From positions 35,898,001 through 35,962,000 of the forward strand of contig OX597832.1 in the NCBI GenBank assembly GCA_951406725.2: a stretch of DNA of 64,000 nt, read 5' to 3'. Within the stretch, counting starts at the first letter, position 1; the number at the start of each line of letters is the position of its first letter. The DNA comes from Octopus vulgaris (Eukaryota). The notes beneath the pieces are model-generated. The model saw only the letters and a list, made by a program, of their open reading frames with translations, was not told the DNA's origin and made no database searches. Position numbers and translations under genes: made by a program. Shown in pieces: positions 12,641-27,059 of the stretch.

Positions 12641-12879
12641 GGGAAGATATATATAAATTCTTTTAGTCATTTCAGTGCCATGTGTCATGTGGCTCCGATC
12701 ATGCTGGAGTACCTCTGTGCTTTTGCACTTTTACATATGATTTGTCTTTGACTGATTTTTTCAGAGTGTAGGGTTTCACATCACCACTTGGGTATATGCA
12801 TTTGGTGGTTGGCCCATTTGGGGTATGAGGAAGTTTGACACCACTGCCTTTGTTTGTACCTCATGCTGGGCCAGCCATT

Positions 12880-13180
12880 GGTTCATCTGGTATTGTGCAG
12901 AGGATGATGATATCCTTGTTGAAGATATCTACGTCCACTTTGTGTAGGTTTCTTCATTTTTGTGGCAGGACATGGAAGAGCTGTTAGGCCTTTGAACCAA
13001 AACCTATTGCAGTACCTGGTCTTCAGTTTTGATGGTGTGGTCAGAACCTTTGATACATTATAAGGGTGTCCAGTTTGGACATTTGTATAACACTCAATGC
13101 TGAAATTCAGTCCAAACCCTTCCAGAATTTTCCATATGTAGATTATTACATATCTGTCATGTCTCCTGGATATGTACATT
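12880..13180 (-). mobile_element. CR1-like LINE 3' fragment
   Basis: RRHDRYVIIYIWKILEG..N..IECYTN..TG......KTRYCNRFWFKG matches the CR1-group 'RRRERY.IIY.WKILEG' C-terminal motif. Confidence 0.7.
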
Positions 13181-14405
13181 GCCTCAAGGGGATTTCAATT
13201 TGGAACATTTCTATAAAAATGGAGGAACTGTAGCATTCTGATCTAGGGAGTCTTATTATAGTTCTATGTTTTGCTGACCCAGGCCAGAAATGCAAGCCAT
13301 TAAATAACTAATCTTCAGAAATGAACTGCATCTCTCTTTGATTATTGTCTGTAATAACATTGATCATGTCTACCAAAAGCTCTCAATGCTTTTTGTCAAC
13401 TGCAATAGAAAGAAATCTCACTGAAAGGAAAGTGAGGCTGGGTTAGCCAGAAATTAACACAAACAGATCCTGAATCCCAGTGTTCAACTAAAGGGAAATT
13501 ATATATTTTAGATTTACAGAAATTTTACTCTCTTCCTATGACTGAATTTTGCTCTGTTGTTCAAAAGTTCTGTCTAAGCTACTATGATATAAACTATTGC
13601 TTTGTTTCCTTTATACAACATCTTTTTAATTCCTATTTTATTGAAGAGAAGAGAAAGCCAGAAAAAAGTTTCTCTCCATGCTAGCTAAAGATTTGTTTAG
13701 TTCATCCAAAAACAGGACAATATATACAATACTATCCAATCAAAACTAGAAATTTTCTTATGCTAGCAGCATAACACAGTCTAGCTGAAAATTTTTCAGA
13801 ATTATCGAACATTTATCAATCATGTAGAATAGAGATATTCCCTTGAGATTTCTTAAAAATGCCAATTGATCTAATTTTATCTCAATAACTGTTCCCAACA
13901 AAGATTTATACTGAATAAATGCATTAAGAAATATTGCCGTCTATTTCGAAAATGTAAGGAATATTGCTTCCAAGAGCTGACAAAAGTTTTTCATCTGCTC
14001 CTCACATTTGGATAATATTGAGAAATAGGATAGGTTTCTTTGAATTCATGGTATTTCCAATCGTTATGTTCTTTGTTTTCAAGTGGCACCATTTGTGTCC
14101 CTTAAGACTTTGTCAACTGACTGAAATGATAATAAAATGATACTGATGCTTATGAATTGATATCTGATAAGTTAGCATGAATTAGAAACATGCAAAAGTG
14201 GTAGTGCTGATGGTGGTGGTGGTCATGGCAGTGACAGTGGTGGAGGCAGTAGCAGTGGTGGTGGTGGTAGTAAGTAGGAGTGACATTCTATTTCACCTTC
14301 AGTGTTATAAAAACCTTTCCTAGTTGGCTTTCTGCTCAGTTCAGCACAAGTTGAATGGTTAATATATATGTTGGGTAAGATAAATGTTAACATTGATATA
14401 TTTAC

Positions 14406-14595
14406 CTTGGAACTCTCAGTGGTTGGAAAACGCTGATGTAGACTTCTTCAAGTTCATCACAAAACTTCACCGGACGGATTCGGTAGGTTATTAAAAGAAG
14501 CTGGACTCCATTTATTATCATAAAAGCAAAATTCCAAGAAAAGAAGTCCGGTGCACAAAGAATTACCCAAGACCAGGCAGATAACAGAAGAAAAC
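14406..14595 (-). CDS. BVES: Popeye domain protein coding exon 2 (TM2-TM3 and start of Popeye domain)
   Basis: Acceptor ttgcag|, donor |gtaaa, 190 nt, phase 1 to 2. Encodes (G)FLLLSAWSWVILCAPDFFSWNFAFMIINGVQLLLITYRIRPVKFCDELEEVYISVFQPLRVP(R), typical of POPDC (CAxDxxxWN; RPVK...Y..LF.PL.V). Confidence 0.95.
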
Positions 14596-16094
14596 CTGCA
14601 ACAAGGGAAAATGGAAAAACATTCAATTCTTGAAGGTTCTTTCTTGGCAAGGGTTTGTTTAAGAAGTGATAAAAGCTTAATAAAGGTATTTTTGTTTTGA
14701 GGTTTTGCATGTAAAATGGCAAGAAACGTTTGTGTGTGAGGATGAGGGTTTGAAGATGTTGTTTAGCCTCAGGTCAGTCTTGACCAAACAAATGTACTCT
14801 CAAAAACGTTCCAACCATGCTTATCCAGAAGGTTTTTGGTTGACAACCAGTTACTTATTTAAGTACTGGGGTCGATATAATCGACTTAATCCATCTGTCT
14901 GTCCTTGTTTGTCCTCTCTGTGTTTAGCCCCTTGTGGGTAGTAAAGAAATAAATATTGGCATTGGTTGAATGACAAGGATAAGCAAATTAAGAGAATTGG
15001 ATATTTAAGGGAAATAAAAACAATTAGACTTTTACATCATTACCTGACTTTTTGGTATCTTCAGTGTTTGTGTGTGGGGGTGGGTGGGTGTATAGCAAAA
15101 ATCTCTTAATTTGTATTTCACTATATTTTACTGGGACTGAACTCAAATTCTCAGTTTGATTGTCAACAAATACAGTTTTTCTGTTATGGTAACAGATCAG
15201 ATAACAAAGTGAGAAAGATGAATAACAAACTTCATTTCAGTCAAACCTTGCAACTGCTTTGGCATTCTCAGTTGCTAGGATACAACAGGGTAAACAAATC
15301 TAAAGACATGTATGAAATAATTAGTTGGAATGCAAGATGGTCAGCAGCTGATTAGCAGGGAGCCAAGACAATGGACACTGGTCAAAGACAAGAACGGTCA
15401 GTAAGTATCAAGAGAAGCACTGAAGAGTGAGACAATGTCATCAACCTCTACACTTCCTCCTCATGCAGACGGTTTCACTCACAGCTTACAATATACAAGG
15501 CAACCAAAACAAACAAAAAAGGAAAAAGAAGTAAAAACAGACTTCACACCATCGAATAGATTAAATTTGAAAATGTTTCTATTTGATTGCATTTTGACAT
15601 TATAGAAGCTAGAGTTGAGAAATCATTAACAATGGGCAAGCATCCATGCTTCCTTTTTAGCATGCTTCTATTTGGCACATATATTAGTTCAGTTCTACTA
15701 GTTCTCGTGATATGTTGTGTTCTGTAGGGTTTCTATAAAGAATTTTCGGTGAGAGCAATATATTTGTCTCTTTATTTTTTCTCCTGAACTAAATTTTTTT
15801 TAATGTTGAAACTCATTGAACTTTGGATCTTTGCAATTTCAGTCACAGATTTTTTAATTAATTTGTTTAAGCTAAACAGTTTGAAACTTTGGATGCTGGT
15901 TTGAACTTTTTTGAACGACATTGCTGTTGACCACATAGATACAGTAACCACAACAATACCTCCTCATGTACATACGAAATAGCAAGAAAATTTAGTTAAA
16001 GAGAGAGATAGAGGGAAAAGAAATAATGTGTGTGAGTCAGTGCTTGTAATGAGTTGGTAAATGAGTATTTGCCGATCATTTATTTGAAAAACTT

Positions 16095-16151
<57 letters not shown>

Positions 16152-16692
16152 CAGCAGCAGAACTATCCCTCCATGAAGGAACATTTTCCCAATATCAATC
16201 TGGAGTTTAATATAGAAATAGCAGCTGATAAGAGACAAAGTATTCTCTCATCTCGAAGATAAACCATATTGTTTAAGATAATGTCTGAGCAATAAGAGTC
16301 GTCCATGAGAGAAACTCAGAGATTGTATGCAATGACCTGAGGGTTTAGTTTTGGGTTATTTATTTGTAGAGAGGATGTGGTGTAAACTATTTCTTGGTGT
16401 CTCAGGAAGAATGAGGTTGCCGTGATTCCACTATGTAGGAGAGAAAATGTTAATACATCTCACTCTACAGAAACTATGCTAAAAGTGGAGATGCGGATGA
16501 GACTGGTGACATGATGAAAGAGGATGGGTTGTGACTAAATATTGTGATAAAGGACAGAGTTGAGAGTAAATCTATAACAGCGAAGGAGAATGTGAGTTGT
16601 GAATAATTGAATGGGAGGAAATAGATTGTTATTTATGTTTCCACTTTGAGATCTTGGAAATGATGTTGAAATAAATTTGTTTTCATACGTAT

Positions 16693-16693
<1 letters not shown>

Positions 16694-16729
<36 letters not shown>

Positions 16730-17130
16730 CCACAACCACCACCACCACCACCACCATCGTCGTTTAACGTCCACTTTCCATGCTAGCATGGGTTGGCAGT
16801 TTGACTGAGGACTGGCAAACCATATGGCTGCATCAGGCTCCAATCTTGATCTGGCAGAGTTTCTACAGCTGGATGCCCTTCCTAATGCCAATCACTCCAA
16901 GAATGTAATGGGTGCTTTTACATACCACCGGCATGAGGGCCAGTCAGGTGGTACTGGCAACAGCCAGCCATGCTCAAGTGGTGTTTTTTACGTGCTACCT
17001 GCACGTTGCTCGAATGTTTTTCACGTGCCACTGGCACAAGTGCCAATGAGGCAACACTGGTAAGGATCACGTTTGAATGGTGCTTTTTATGTGCCACTGG
17101 CATGGAAGCCAGTCAGCTGCTCTAGCAGCA
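16694..17130 (-). mobile_element. RTE-type 3' end / RTE-tailed repeat with (CAT)n tail (shorter copies at ~8888-8965 and ~23248-23292)
   Basis: Shared CATCATCGTCGTTTAACGTCC..TCCATGCTAGCATGGG motif next to (CAT)n in three places. Confidence 0.6.
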
Positions 17131-17875
17131 ATGAAAATAAATTTATATATATATATTCATTTATTTTTTTATTCTTTTATGTGTTTCAGCCAGGTGGCTG
17201 TGGTCATGCTGGAGCACCACCATAATATAAAATTTTTTTTTAAATGTAGAATACTTGGAGAATTCTGACCAGTTTGCTGATTTCAGCACCAAAGAGTTCA
17301 AGGACAGAATGGGATAATGTGAGATAAGTTGCTTCAATTAAACATTGAACAGGTGATTGATTGAATGCAGGGGTAGAGTTGAAGAAGTGGCAACGACGGA
17401 GATTATTTATATGCAACAGTTTGTATGATTGTGTGACATCTTTTATGCAGGAAGAACAGCTTGTCAGAATTCCTAAACAAATAACAAGTGGAAGTTAAGA
17501 AGATGTGTGTGTGTGAATTGATGTTTGACCATCTTTGCTAATGAGAAATCAATGTCATTAAGCAAATTTGATTGTTTTTAGATGTCTAAGTTTAATCACT
17601 AACACTGGAACCTAAAGATTCTGACTAAAATTGGCTTTTGTAGGCATAGTAAATATAATTTACAAGCAAATGGTTCGATGGGGACACTAAGAGAGGGATA
17701 ATTTATGCAAAACAGTGTTCTAGGTATAAGAACATATATGTGTATATATAATTGGTGCAAGCATAGCTGTGTGGTTAAGTTCACTTCTCATCAAAATAGT
17801 TTCAGTTCCAGTCCTACTTTATGACACCTTGAGCAAACATTGGTTTGGTGGGCAGAAATTGAAAGAAGCCCTTGT

Positions 17876-18040
<165 letters not shown>

Positions 18041-19100
18041 CATTGCATGCATGTGTGCGTACAAGTGTGTGTTTCTTTGTTTTAACTTTGCACGATGATT
18101 GTAAATGAGTACCACCATCATACAAGAGGTGTAATTTGTCGCTAATTGTCAGTGAAAGCATGTCCATCCATGAGGAAATATTAGTTTGTTGAGGAAAAGT
18201 GAAGGGTTGACAAGAGAAAAAGGCATCTATCTATAGAAAATCTGTTTCAACAAATTCCTTACAGCTGCTGAAAGCAAGTTGAAATGGACATTGAAATCAT
18301 AATGATGATGATGATGGCGATCGTTTTGCACAATTACAATCCTGGTACTCATCAGAAGTGCTGGTAGGAAGAGTACAGCGACAGCTCTCTGCTACTGGAG
18401 CTCAAGAAATGCTACATTTGGTTTTTGGTGCCATGGAAAACTGAACCAAAAAATCATGATGGGAGAAGTTCAGATGAGAAATGTATCTGGAATTACGCTC
18501 CTGGACAAGGACTAGTGTGTCTTCATAAAGTAAGGAGTAACTGTTTGCAGAGTTGGGGTTGGAGTGGGTAGGGAGTCTTAAAATCATGTGTGGACATGAA
18601 CACATATACATTATAAGTTCTAGAATCATTAAAGGCAATAAAAGTCAGGAATTTGGCTGCAGAAATGAAACAACAAGCATTGTAATGAAAGTGCTGGCAG
18701 TCAATTAAATGGAAAAAGATGCATCAGATCCAGAGTTCAACAAAAAGATTGTTTCTCACTGTAAACACTCATCCTGAATCGACACTCAACAAGTTTTGAA
18801 ACGTGCAACCGTCCAGAAACTTGTATTTGAACTCAAGAATATTTGTGAGAAACTTGATGAAGCATTTCAAGGATCTCTGTTGCAGATTTGCTTAATTTCA
18901 TTCAAAGTTTGATGCCAGCATGTTAGTTGAATTTGGCAGCCTTTGTAAAAATCACAGCAATTCAAACATGATGCTAAAAAATCTCTTGTAATAATTGAAC
19001 ACAAGTAAATGGCATGAAGCTTATATGTCGGTTGGCTCAGGAGGCTGACCATCAGTGATTGTGGTGTGGGGTGGATGATGATGACGATGACGATGATGAC

Positions 19101-19147
<47 letters not shown>

Positions 19148-19729
19148 CGATGATGATGACAATGATGAGTGGGCAGAAGGTAAGGATGATAATTTACACA
19201 AAACACGATCCATATTAAACTGATGTCATTGAACCATGTTGCTACTGATGGCATTGGTAACATTGATGACAGAGATGCAGTCAGAAAGGAATCCCTCTCT
19301 GGATTATCCAGGATTATGCAAACTATTTTAAAATTCAATTAACAAACTAGGATTAACAACTTCCATCAATAAATTTTCTGCCTCTGAGCTCTCTTTTCTG
19401 TAACGCTGTCTCTGGCTAACATTTCTCTTGTTACTATAGCAACATTTAATAAATTATAAACAGCTATTAAGGTGGTGAGTTATCAGAGTCACGAGGGTGT
19501 TGGATAGAATATCTTGTGTTATTTATGCTGTTTCTCTGTACTCTGAGTTCTAATCCTATCAAAGTCAACTTAACCTTTCAAGTTATGGGGTTTAGTAAAA
19601 AGAAAAAGAAAATGACTAACTTAGGGCAGAGCATTGGTAGACCTGGTAGCATATTAAACAGAAAGCTTTACAGCACCTCTTCTGGTTTACCACATTCCGG
19701 CAGCAAACCTGCCAAGTAGCAAAACCTTA

Positions 19730-20580
19730 AGTAGCATTTTCCCCTGGAAGACGGTGAGTGACCTGGAAGGCCTGGCATGAGCCACCACTCGCAGAAGTGT
19801 GAAGAAAATTCCTCACCATGTACATGGAGATCATTGGAGGACAATCAACAACATGGCTGATGTTGCTGGTCTGTCGTATGGGTCTTTCAGGTAATCCTAA
19901 CATTTGATCACTGAGCAGAAAGAACATTGTGTTGACGTCTGTCAAGATCTCTATTACACACCACTGATGACCCATCCTTCATGTCAAGGATCATCACCAG
20001 CGGCAAGAATTGGATCTATGGGTACAATCCTGAGATGAAGCAGCAGTTGTCACAATGGAAGCACTCTTCATCTCCATGGCTGAAGAAGGTGCAACATAAC
20101 TGCAGCTGAGTCAGGAGCATTCTAATCCTTTTTTACTTCAGCATCCGGGGGAGGACAGCAACTGGAGTGAAAGCAACCGGATCTGTGGAGCATGAAGAAT
20201 TGGATTCTTCACGATGACAATGCACCCTATCACCGAGCTCTCCTCACTCATGAGTTTCTTGCCAAAAACAAAATGGTATTGCTTCTGAACTGGCCCTATT
20301 TGCCAGGTTTAGTACCTGTGGACTCCATCTCTTCGTCAAGATGAAAATGCAGCTCAAAGGTTGTTCTTTTAGCATCATTGTCAAGATCCAGAGTGAATCA
20401 CAGAAGGTCCCCAACATGCTTATGGAAAACGACGTCCAGCAAAATTCCAAAAGTGTCAGGAATGCTGGAACCACTGTTGCACAAGGTGAATACTTCGAAG
20501 GAGATGATGTTAAAACTTAGGTAAAAAAGTTGTTATTTATTAAACATAATTAGTCTGGGAACTTTTTGATACCACCTAAT
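19730..20580 (+). mobile_element. Decayed mariner (DD34D) transposon
   Basis: Remnants SRIITSGKNWIYGYNPEMKQQLSQWKH, WILHDDNAPYHRA and VAQGEYFEGD. TIR-like end GGAACTTTTTGATACCACCT near 20577. Confidence 0.8.
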
Positions 20581-21611
20581 AATGAATCCTGGACAATGAT
20601 TTCCTGTCTAAAAGTTGAAGTTGGTGCTTTACTAATATCTCATTTAGGAGCTGTACATCTCCCATCGCAACAAGTAATCCGAGATATTCGTTCACGTCTT
20701 GCATTTATTTAATAAAAGTGGAGTTGCCCTGTTGACTTCATACCTTGTGGTCTCATCAGTTATCTTAACAAAAATATCCTTAGGAAAATGGTGAAGAAAA
20801 TATTCAATGGGTTTCGCTTCTAAGTTGCAAAATTTTGTAAGGCCAACATCACTAGCAAAGGCATTGATGCAATAATCAGCTATGGGCTTGCTTCATTCCT
20901 GCTAAGAATCATTAAATGTGTACTGAGGACAATGAAATATCTCTCTGATTATTTTTCTCTTAGTCTAAGTCTAAGGTATCATTCTCTAATTAAATCATCA
21001 TTAAATAATGTCACTAAATCATTAATAAATACTACTGGGTACTAACTCACTGGATGAGATATTATTCACTGTGATGCTCAAACATAAAAGAGGGGGAAAA
21101 ACTCCAAAGAAATTTACTTAGAAAACCTTGAGATAAATGCACAAGGCGTAAGCAGGAAGTCTTTCAAGAAGTGTTTGCTAAAGTGAGGCTAAACTTTATT
21201 TCTTAAACAGGTAAGTGCTTAATTCTTGTTTTTCAGGACAGGTAATCTAGGAGAATATTAGGAGAAAAATTATCTGTCTCTTAAAGATGGAAGTAGTCTA
21301 AATTTCCCTTCATGTCAAGTAAAGCAACAAACCCTCCAAGACATATGAGGCAAAATTATCTCAAGTAAAATAGTAAAAAAATTAATTAATTAATTAAAAC
21401 TATTGCACAATTTGTTGTAGCTTTCAAACTGAAAATGCAGCTGAAACACCAACTGAGGCTCAGCCTCTTCCATATAAAAAAAAAAAATGACATACAAAAC
21501 AAAAAGAAAATGCAGTAATAGAATCAACAACAATATCAGTAACAGCAACAACAACAAAAACAGCAAATAATTTCTCAAAGAAATAAGAAACTAGAGAAAT
21601 AGTTTACTTAC

Positions 21612-21897
21612 CAAGTAAAAATGTGCTATGTAGAAATAGGACCCCATAAGTGCCATCTGGGGCCATTAAACCAATACAGAGAGCAGCATTAGCCAACTGG
21701 AAGAGAATATGATTGATTGGTTTCCATGATGTACAACCAGTTACTGAGAAAGGAGCAGTCATTGTTAATAGCGGTGGGGTTGGTGTAGATTCACTGTAGG
21801 CAGATGTAAAGTTTGTGGAGGAATTACTGCTTTGGGAAACTGAGCTGTTACCAAGTGGTGCCAAGATGGGAAAGAGTGTAAGGTCACTCCAACCCAT
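21612..21897 (-). CDS. BVES: Popeye domain-containing protein (BVES/POPDC family), first coding exon: extracellular N-terminus, TM1 and start of TM2
   Basis: ATG at 21897-21895, just after an acceptor (ttccacag|AACATTATG). Encodes MGWSDLTLFP...GCTSWKPINHILFQLANAALCIGLMAPDGTYGVLFLHSTFLL, matching the POPDC 'C..W....H..FQLAN' motif. N-glycosylation sequons NSS, NSS, NFT. Donor G|gtaagt at 21611. 286 nt, phase 1. Confidence 0.93.
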
Positions 21898-23130
21898 AAT
21901 GTTCTGTGGAATCAGAAACAACACAATGTGAGATTATAGCAAAGATAAATATTTAACCATTCAGAGATTACATTTAAAACAACATATAACCTATCCATTT
22001 TACTGAATTTTTTAAAAAGTAATTGACAATCTGAAGGAATTTACTACTATAATAACCATTTTCCTTATCGAACTGGTGCTTAGAACACGATAAAATGTTT
22101 TTAGCTGCAATTATGATAGAATATCTTAACTTAAATATGAATACTTGAAAAATTGCCAGTTGCCTGTTGAAGAATCAGAGGAATCCCAGGTAGGTTGGTC
22201 CCAAAAGGTTGAATTTAATGAATTAATCTTATTCTATTATTTCCAGTGTTGAGATTTTTTCATCTGAAAAATTGATTCCTTTTTTTTTATCTAAACCTGA
22301 GGTAATTCAAGCATGAAAAATGGAGTAAAGTACTTTCTTATTAATCTCTGATGAACAAATATTCAACAGGTGAAAATACTTAGAAATTCTTAAGTTACAA
22401 ATATCAAACAAACTTTTATTGTCTGGACCTCCTGGAATCCTGTTTAAAACGTAGAATAATGTACAACAAAAATGTAGTTGTTGTCATAAAGAAGCTCCTG
22501 CAAATTTCAAAACACTGCAGTGAATACGACTGTCTGAAGAGTTTTACATTTATGTTGATTATTCTAACAGTGAGAAAGGAAGAAGAACAGAGAGAGAGAG
22601 ATAGAGAGAGAAGAGAGAGAATAAGAGTGTGTATTGTAATTGTTAAGATAAAACTTACTCGGAAAAGGATGCGTGGCATTCAATCAAATAATAATATAAA
22701 TAATATATAAACATATGCATATATACATACATATATGTACATGCCTACCTGTTCACCACTTCACATCGTCTTGGCTTTAACAGCCCTCACTGTTTGTTTT
22801 GTTCTCACTGTCCTGTTTTTGTTACCACTTTCACCCTCCGCAAAAAATCCCAATTTTTATTTAACTTGCTTTGTGGGAAGGACTATTTCAATGAAGTCGC
22901 ATCTTGTCCCTACCTTCGAAATGCTTCGAAACGTGGAGTAAATAAAAAGGGGACAACTGATGAAGGGAATGTTCTTTATGCTGCCTGTCTCGTTCCTCAT
23001 TCTGTCTACGTTTTTTTTGGTGTCCTGTACCCATATATGCATGTATATATATACATATATATGTAGGTATGTACATATATGTATGCATATAAGCATATAT
23101 TTATATATATATACATATACATATATATAC

Positions 23131-23164
<34 letters not shown>

Positions 23165-23167
23165 ATG

Positions 23168-23250
<83 letters not shown>

Positions 23251-24162
23251 TCATCATCATCGTCGTTTAACGTCCGTTCTCCATGCTAGCATACCATATA
23301 TATATATAATAATAAATATTAGGGAATAAATCCAAACTTACATGAAACGATCGTAGTGGATATTAATAATTGTTAAATTTCTAAATTATATAAATTAATT
23401 TATGTATTGGATTAAGTCTTTCTTTGTTTGATTTACATAATAGTGGTTTTGTCTCTAATTTATATAATATATATATACAAATTGAGATAGGGGGTGTAAA
23501 TGCAACCCTCCATGGGATAACATATATTATATATATATATAGCTAGATAGATAGATATAGATATAGATATAGTTATATGCATACATACATACAAATAGAT
23601 GGCTGGATGGATGCACACACACACACACACATACACACACACACACACACACAGATGGATGTACAATGCGCACACCACCAAGAAGCCTGATGTAACTGGA
23701 ATGGAGAGTAACAAGGTCTGACCACATTTTCAGTCGTGTTAGAAATAAACAAATCAAGAGAAGAATTGCCATGGCAACCTGCAACACTCGAACAATAAAG
23801 TACATCTGCAATGAGCTGACCAACTTTCTTGCTTTTAACTTACAGAATAAGCCTGAAGCCAGACAGTAATTCTGGGATATTTACCATGATAATCATCACT
23901 GCTGTAGTTGTACATGGTTCTTTAGCAGAGGCCAACATGTAATGGATGATTCTGGATGTATTGCATGATTCTCAACTTATCACTGTTCCATCTGCTGTGT
24001 ACATCCTTGGGGCTTTCTTGTTTTACATGAACACACTTCAGCATTTATGCATCCTCATATACGCGTATACATATTCAAATGCCGAGACATGTGTTCTCAC
24101 TAAACATACATATGTACTTCTTCTATGCACACACACACACACACATACACACATTTATATAA

Positions 24163-24210
<48 letters not shown>

Positions 24211-24634
24211 CTTTGTGTCTTTTTCCCTCCCCTTCCCCGCTTGACAACTGGCATTGGTGTGTTTATGCCACTGTAACCTAGCAGTTCAGCAAAAGGGAAT
24301 GATAGTATAAGTGCCAAGTTTAAAAACAAATAACTACTGAGGTTGATTCATTCAATTAAAACTTCTTCAAGGCAGTGCCCCAGCATGGCCCCAGTCTAAT
24401 GACTGAGACCAGGAAAATATGATATCTATCTATCTATCTATCTATCTATATATATATATATATATATTATGTTTAGTATTTTTGGCATACTGACACAGTG
24501 ACTGGAAGTGTTTACAAAAGAAGTGAAAGTAAAGTTTGGCAACTGATGAAGACATAATTAAGTAGAATGGTTGACTGCATCAAACCACATTTGTGTTTCT
24601 AACTGTTGGGAGGGATTGATGTATTCCAGATGAA

Positions 24635-24855
24635 ACTTTTAGTGTTCGCATTATCCTGCCAAAATTAATGCATTTTCATCCACATTGTTTTGAACTAATC
24701 ATGTATTATCTTGTAGCTATGAGATTTTGATGAGGTAGCTGTTAATTTTTAAAACGATATTGTAGGGTTGGTGTGAGAGACCAGATCTGGCCAGTTTGAA
24801 CATAAAACAGGCAGAATACTTTTGGCCAGATATGGCCGGTTTAAAAGCTAAAGGG
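24635..24855. mobile_element. piggyBac-like MITE remnant
   Basis: Right end CTAAAGGG followed by TTAA (24856-59). Degenerate left end (TGAA)ACTTTTAG. Confidence 0.5.
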
Positions 24856-26159
24856 TTAAACTTTCTTTCTTGTATCACTTTTTAGTTGATATTTCATTGT
24901 AGGTGTTGGAAATACTGAAGACCAGAAAAGTCTAAAAGAGATACTTGTCTTTTAAATCCTAATATTACTTCAACAATATTCAGTGGGCTTTATGAACAGT
25001 TTGTGAGAGGAGTTTTCTAGCTACAAAGTTACATTGAGGAAACTGACCCCTTTTAGATGCACTTTATTGACGATGGGAAAATCTAGTTTCATAAACAGAT
25101 GCAAACAGACTGGTATAGGCATTCATATCCATACACATGATGATGATGATGATGAAAATGACAGCAATGATGGTGATAAAGATGATTGTAGTGGTGGTGG
25201 TTGTGATGGTGATGGTAATGGTGGTGGTGATGCTGATGATAGGGATGTTAATGAAAACACTGATAATGAGAAGGGTGATGAAACTGATAATGATAATAAC
25301 AGTAATAATGATTAGGATAATGACGATGATGAGGAGGAGTAGGAGAAGGTGAAAGATGGTGATGGTGGTGATGTAGTGAAATGTTACAGTTGGTGATTAC
25401 TCAGTTGATGATAAATGGGACAAAGATGCAAGTTAAATTCATTAGAGTGGATAAAAGAATACTCTGCAAACCTAATGAGCCAAACTTTAATTAATTCATA
25501 ACATTAAACCCCATTTAATTGAAATCATACAAAATTAGCACAAATTTAATTAAACAGTAGATATTTTAACTACATTTGATTTAAACCTATTTAGTTAGAG
25601 TTAACGAGGGAGTCTTTGTGGCATTGTTCAATTTGCTGGAAATAGCAGCCAAACTGTGCTCTAATCCCACCCTTTTGTCTAAAAAGATGGAAGGAGGATT
25701 CATTGGACAATGCATATACATTAGGTCATGGCTGGAATGCTTTTGATCCTTGGGCTGACCTGGTGCAAATATTGTTCAGCATCCTATATAGTTAAACCAC
25801 AAGTAATTAAAACCTATGTAATTAGACAATATTTAATTAGTGATGTAGTAAAGCATATACACATCACACAAATTTGCATACGTTGACCACATCTGGTTAA
25901 TTTATTTGAAAATAGCCCATATTCAGATGATGTCTAATTAAAATGTTATAATTTAGACAGATATAGACTGTTACATCACCACTGCTTTAACATTTTGCTT
26001 GTTCTTGATGACATGGGTTAGATAGGTCTGCAAATCAGTTTGTTCTAAATGATTCCCTCTTGTGTCACTAGCCTTGTGACACCCAATATTCTTAATGCTG
26101 ATACCTCTGTTTCTCTCCAAGTCACAGTTTTCATCCGGCAGGTATCATTCCAACATGTA

Positions 26160-27059
26160 TTGGGTCATCCCATAAATAATGAGGATTTTTAAAAATTTCA
26201 TTTATTTTTCAAAATTGAGATAAACAAGGATCATTTTTAATCTAAAATTTACTCTCCTTCATTTTCTACCATGCACTTCCATCTATCTGGTAGACTTGCA
26301 AGGCCCCTCTTCCAAAATTAACTTGTCCGTGATGAAAAATACTCCCCCAGTACTGTTCTGACCTCGTCTACAGAATTCATATTTTTTCTGTCCAAATGAT
26401 TTTGAAGACTGCAGAATAAATGATAATCAGATGGGGCAATGTCCACTAGTATGGTTAGTAGGGCATCGTTTCCTATTCAAACTGCTCCAGTTTTTTTAAC
26501 GTTTTCTATGCTGTATGTGACCAAGCATTATCCTGATGGAAGAACACCTGTCGTCTTGAAACCAAAGAAGATCATTTTTCTATGGCACGCAGGTGTTGAT
26601 GAATGTTTGGATAACCAAATCCAAGCATCTCAATAGTTACGATGGGATTTTGTTCCACCAGGGTTTGCAGGATGACAGATCTTCCAGGATGAGGCTTGTC
26701 ATCCAAGCTTTAGTTTCTGGCTCGGAATTTCTGGAATCCCTGTTGACACTGGCTTATGATTATTGTCTGATCCCCATTTACTGCATTTAATATTCCTCAC
26801 ACTTTCCGTTGCTTTGTTGCCTTTGTTGAAATCACAAAGCAAAATGTGCTGAATAATGCTCCTTTGTCACTTCCATTATAGCTTTGGAAAAATAACTAAT
26901 AAAATTGAACTGCACTCTTCAAAACTTGCACTAAGAATAAGGACAAGTCAAAATTACTACCTGCTTTTATAGCAAGTTGATGTAGGTAGATTATCCTATC
27001 CTCCTCCAACTTTTAGTTCATGCAACTGAATAAACCACATTATTTATGGGATGACCTAA
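26160..27059 (-). mobile_element. Internally deleted mariner element (900 bp)
   Basis: 22-bp TIRs TT(G/A)GGTCATCCCATAAATAATG with TA on both sides. Minus-strand remnants FHQDNAWSH, DIAPSDYHLF..LQNHL and GLASLPDRWKCMVENEG. Confidence 0.9.

Noticed and set aside
13330-14130. Possible hAT transposase remnant (FFWLSLLF resembling LFCWPCLLF)
   Set aside because: Only a weak motif resemblance, with no TIR or continuous frame. Needs a translated profile search.
22885-22990. Hammerhead-like pieces (TCAATGAAG...CTTCGAAACGT; CTGATGAAGGGAA)
   Set aside because: The first lacks the CUGA core and the second lacks a following GAAA and stems. Too degenerate to call.
25034-25352. Acidic D/N/G-rich ORF
   Set aside because: It is a degenerate (GAT/GGT/AAT)n low-complexity tract with no splice or homology support.
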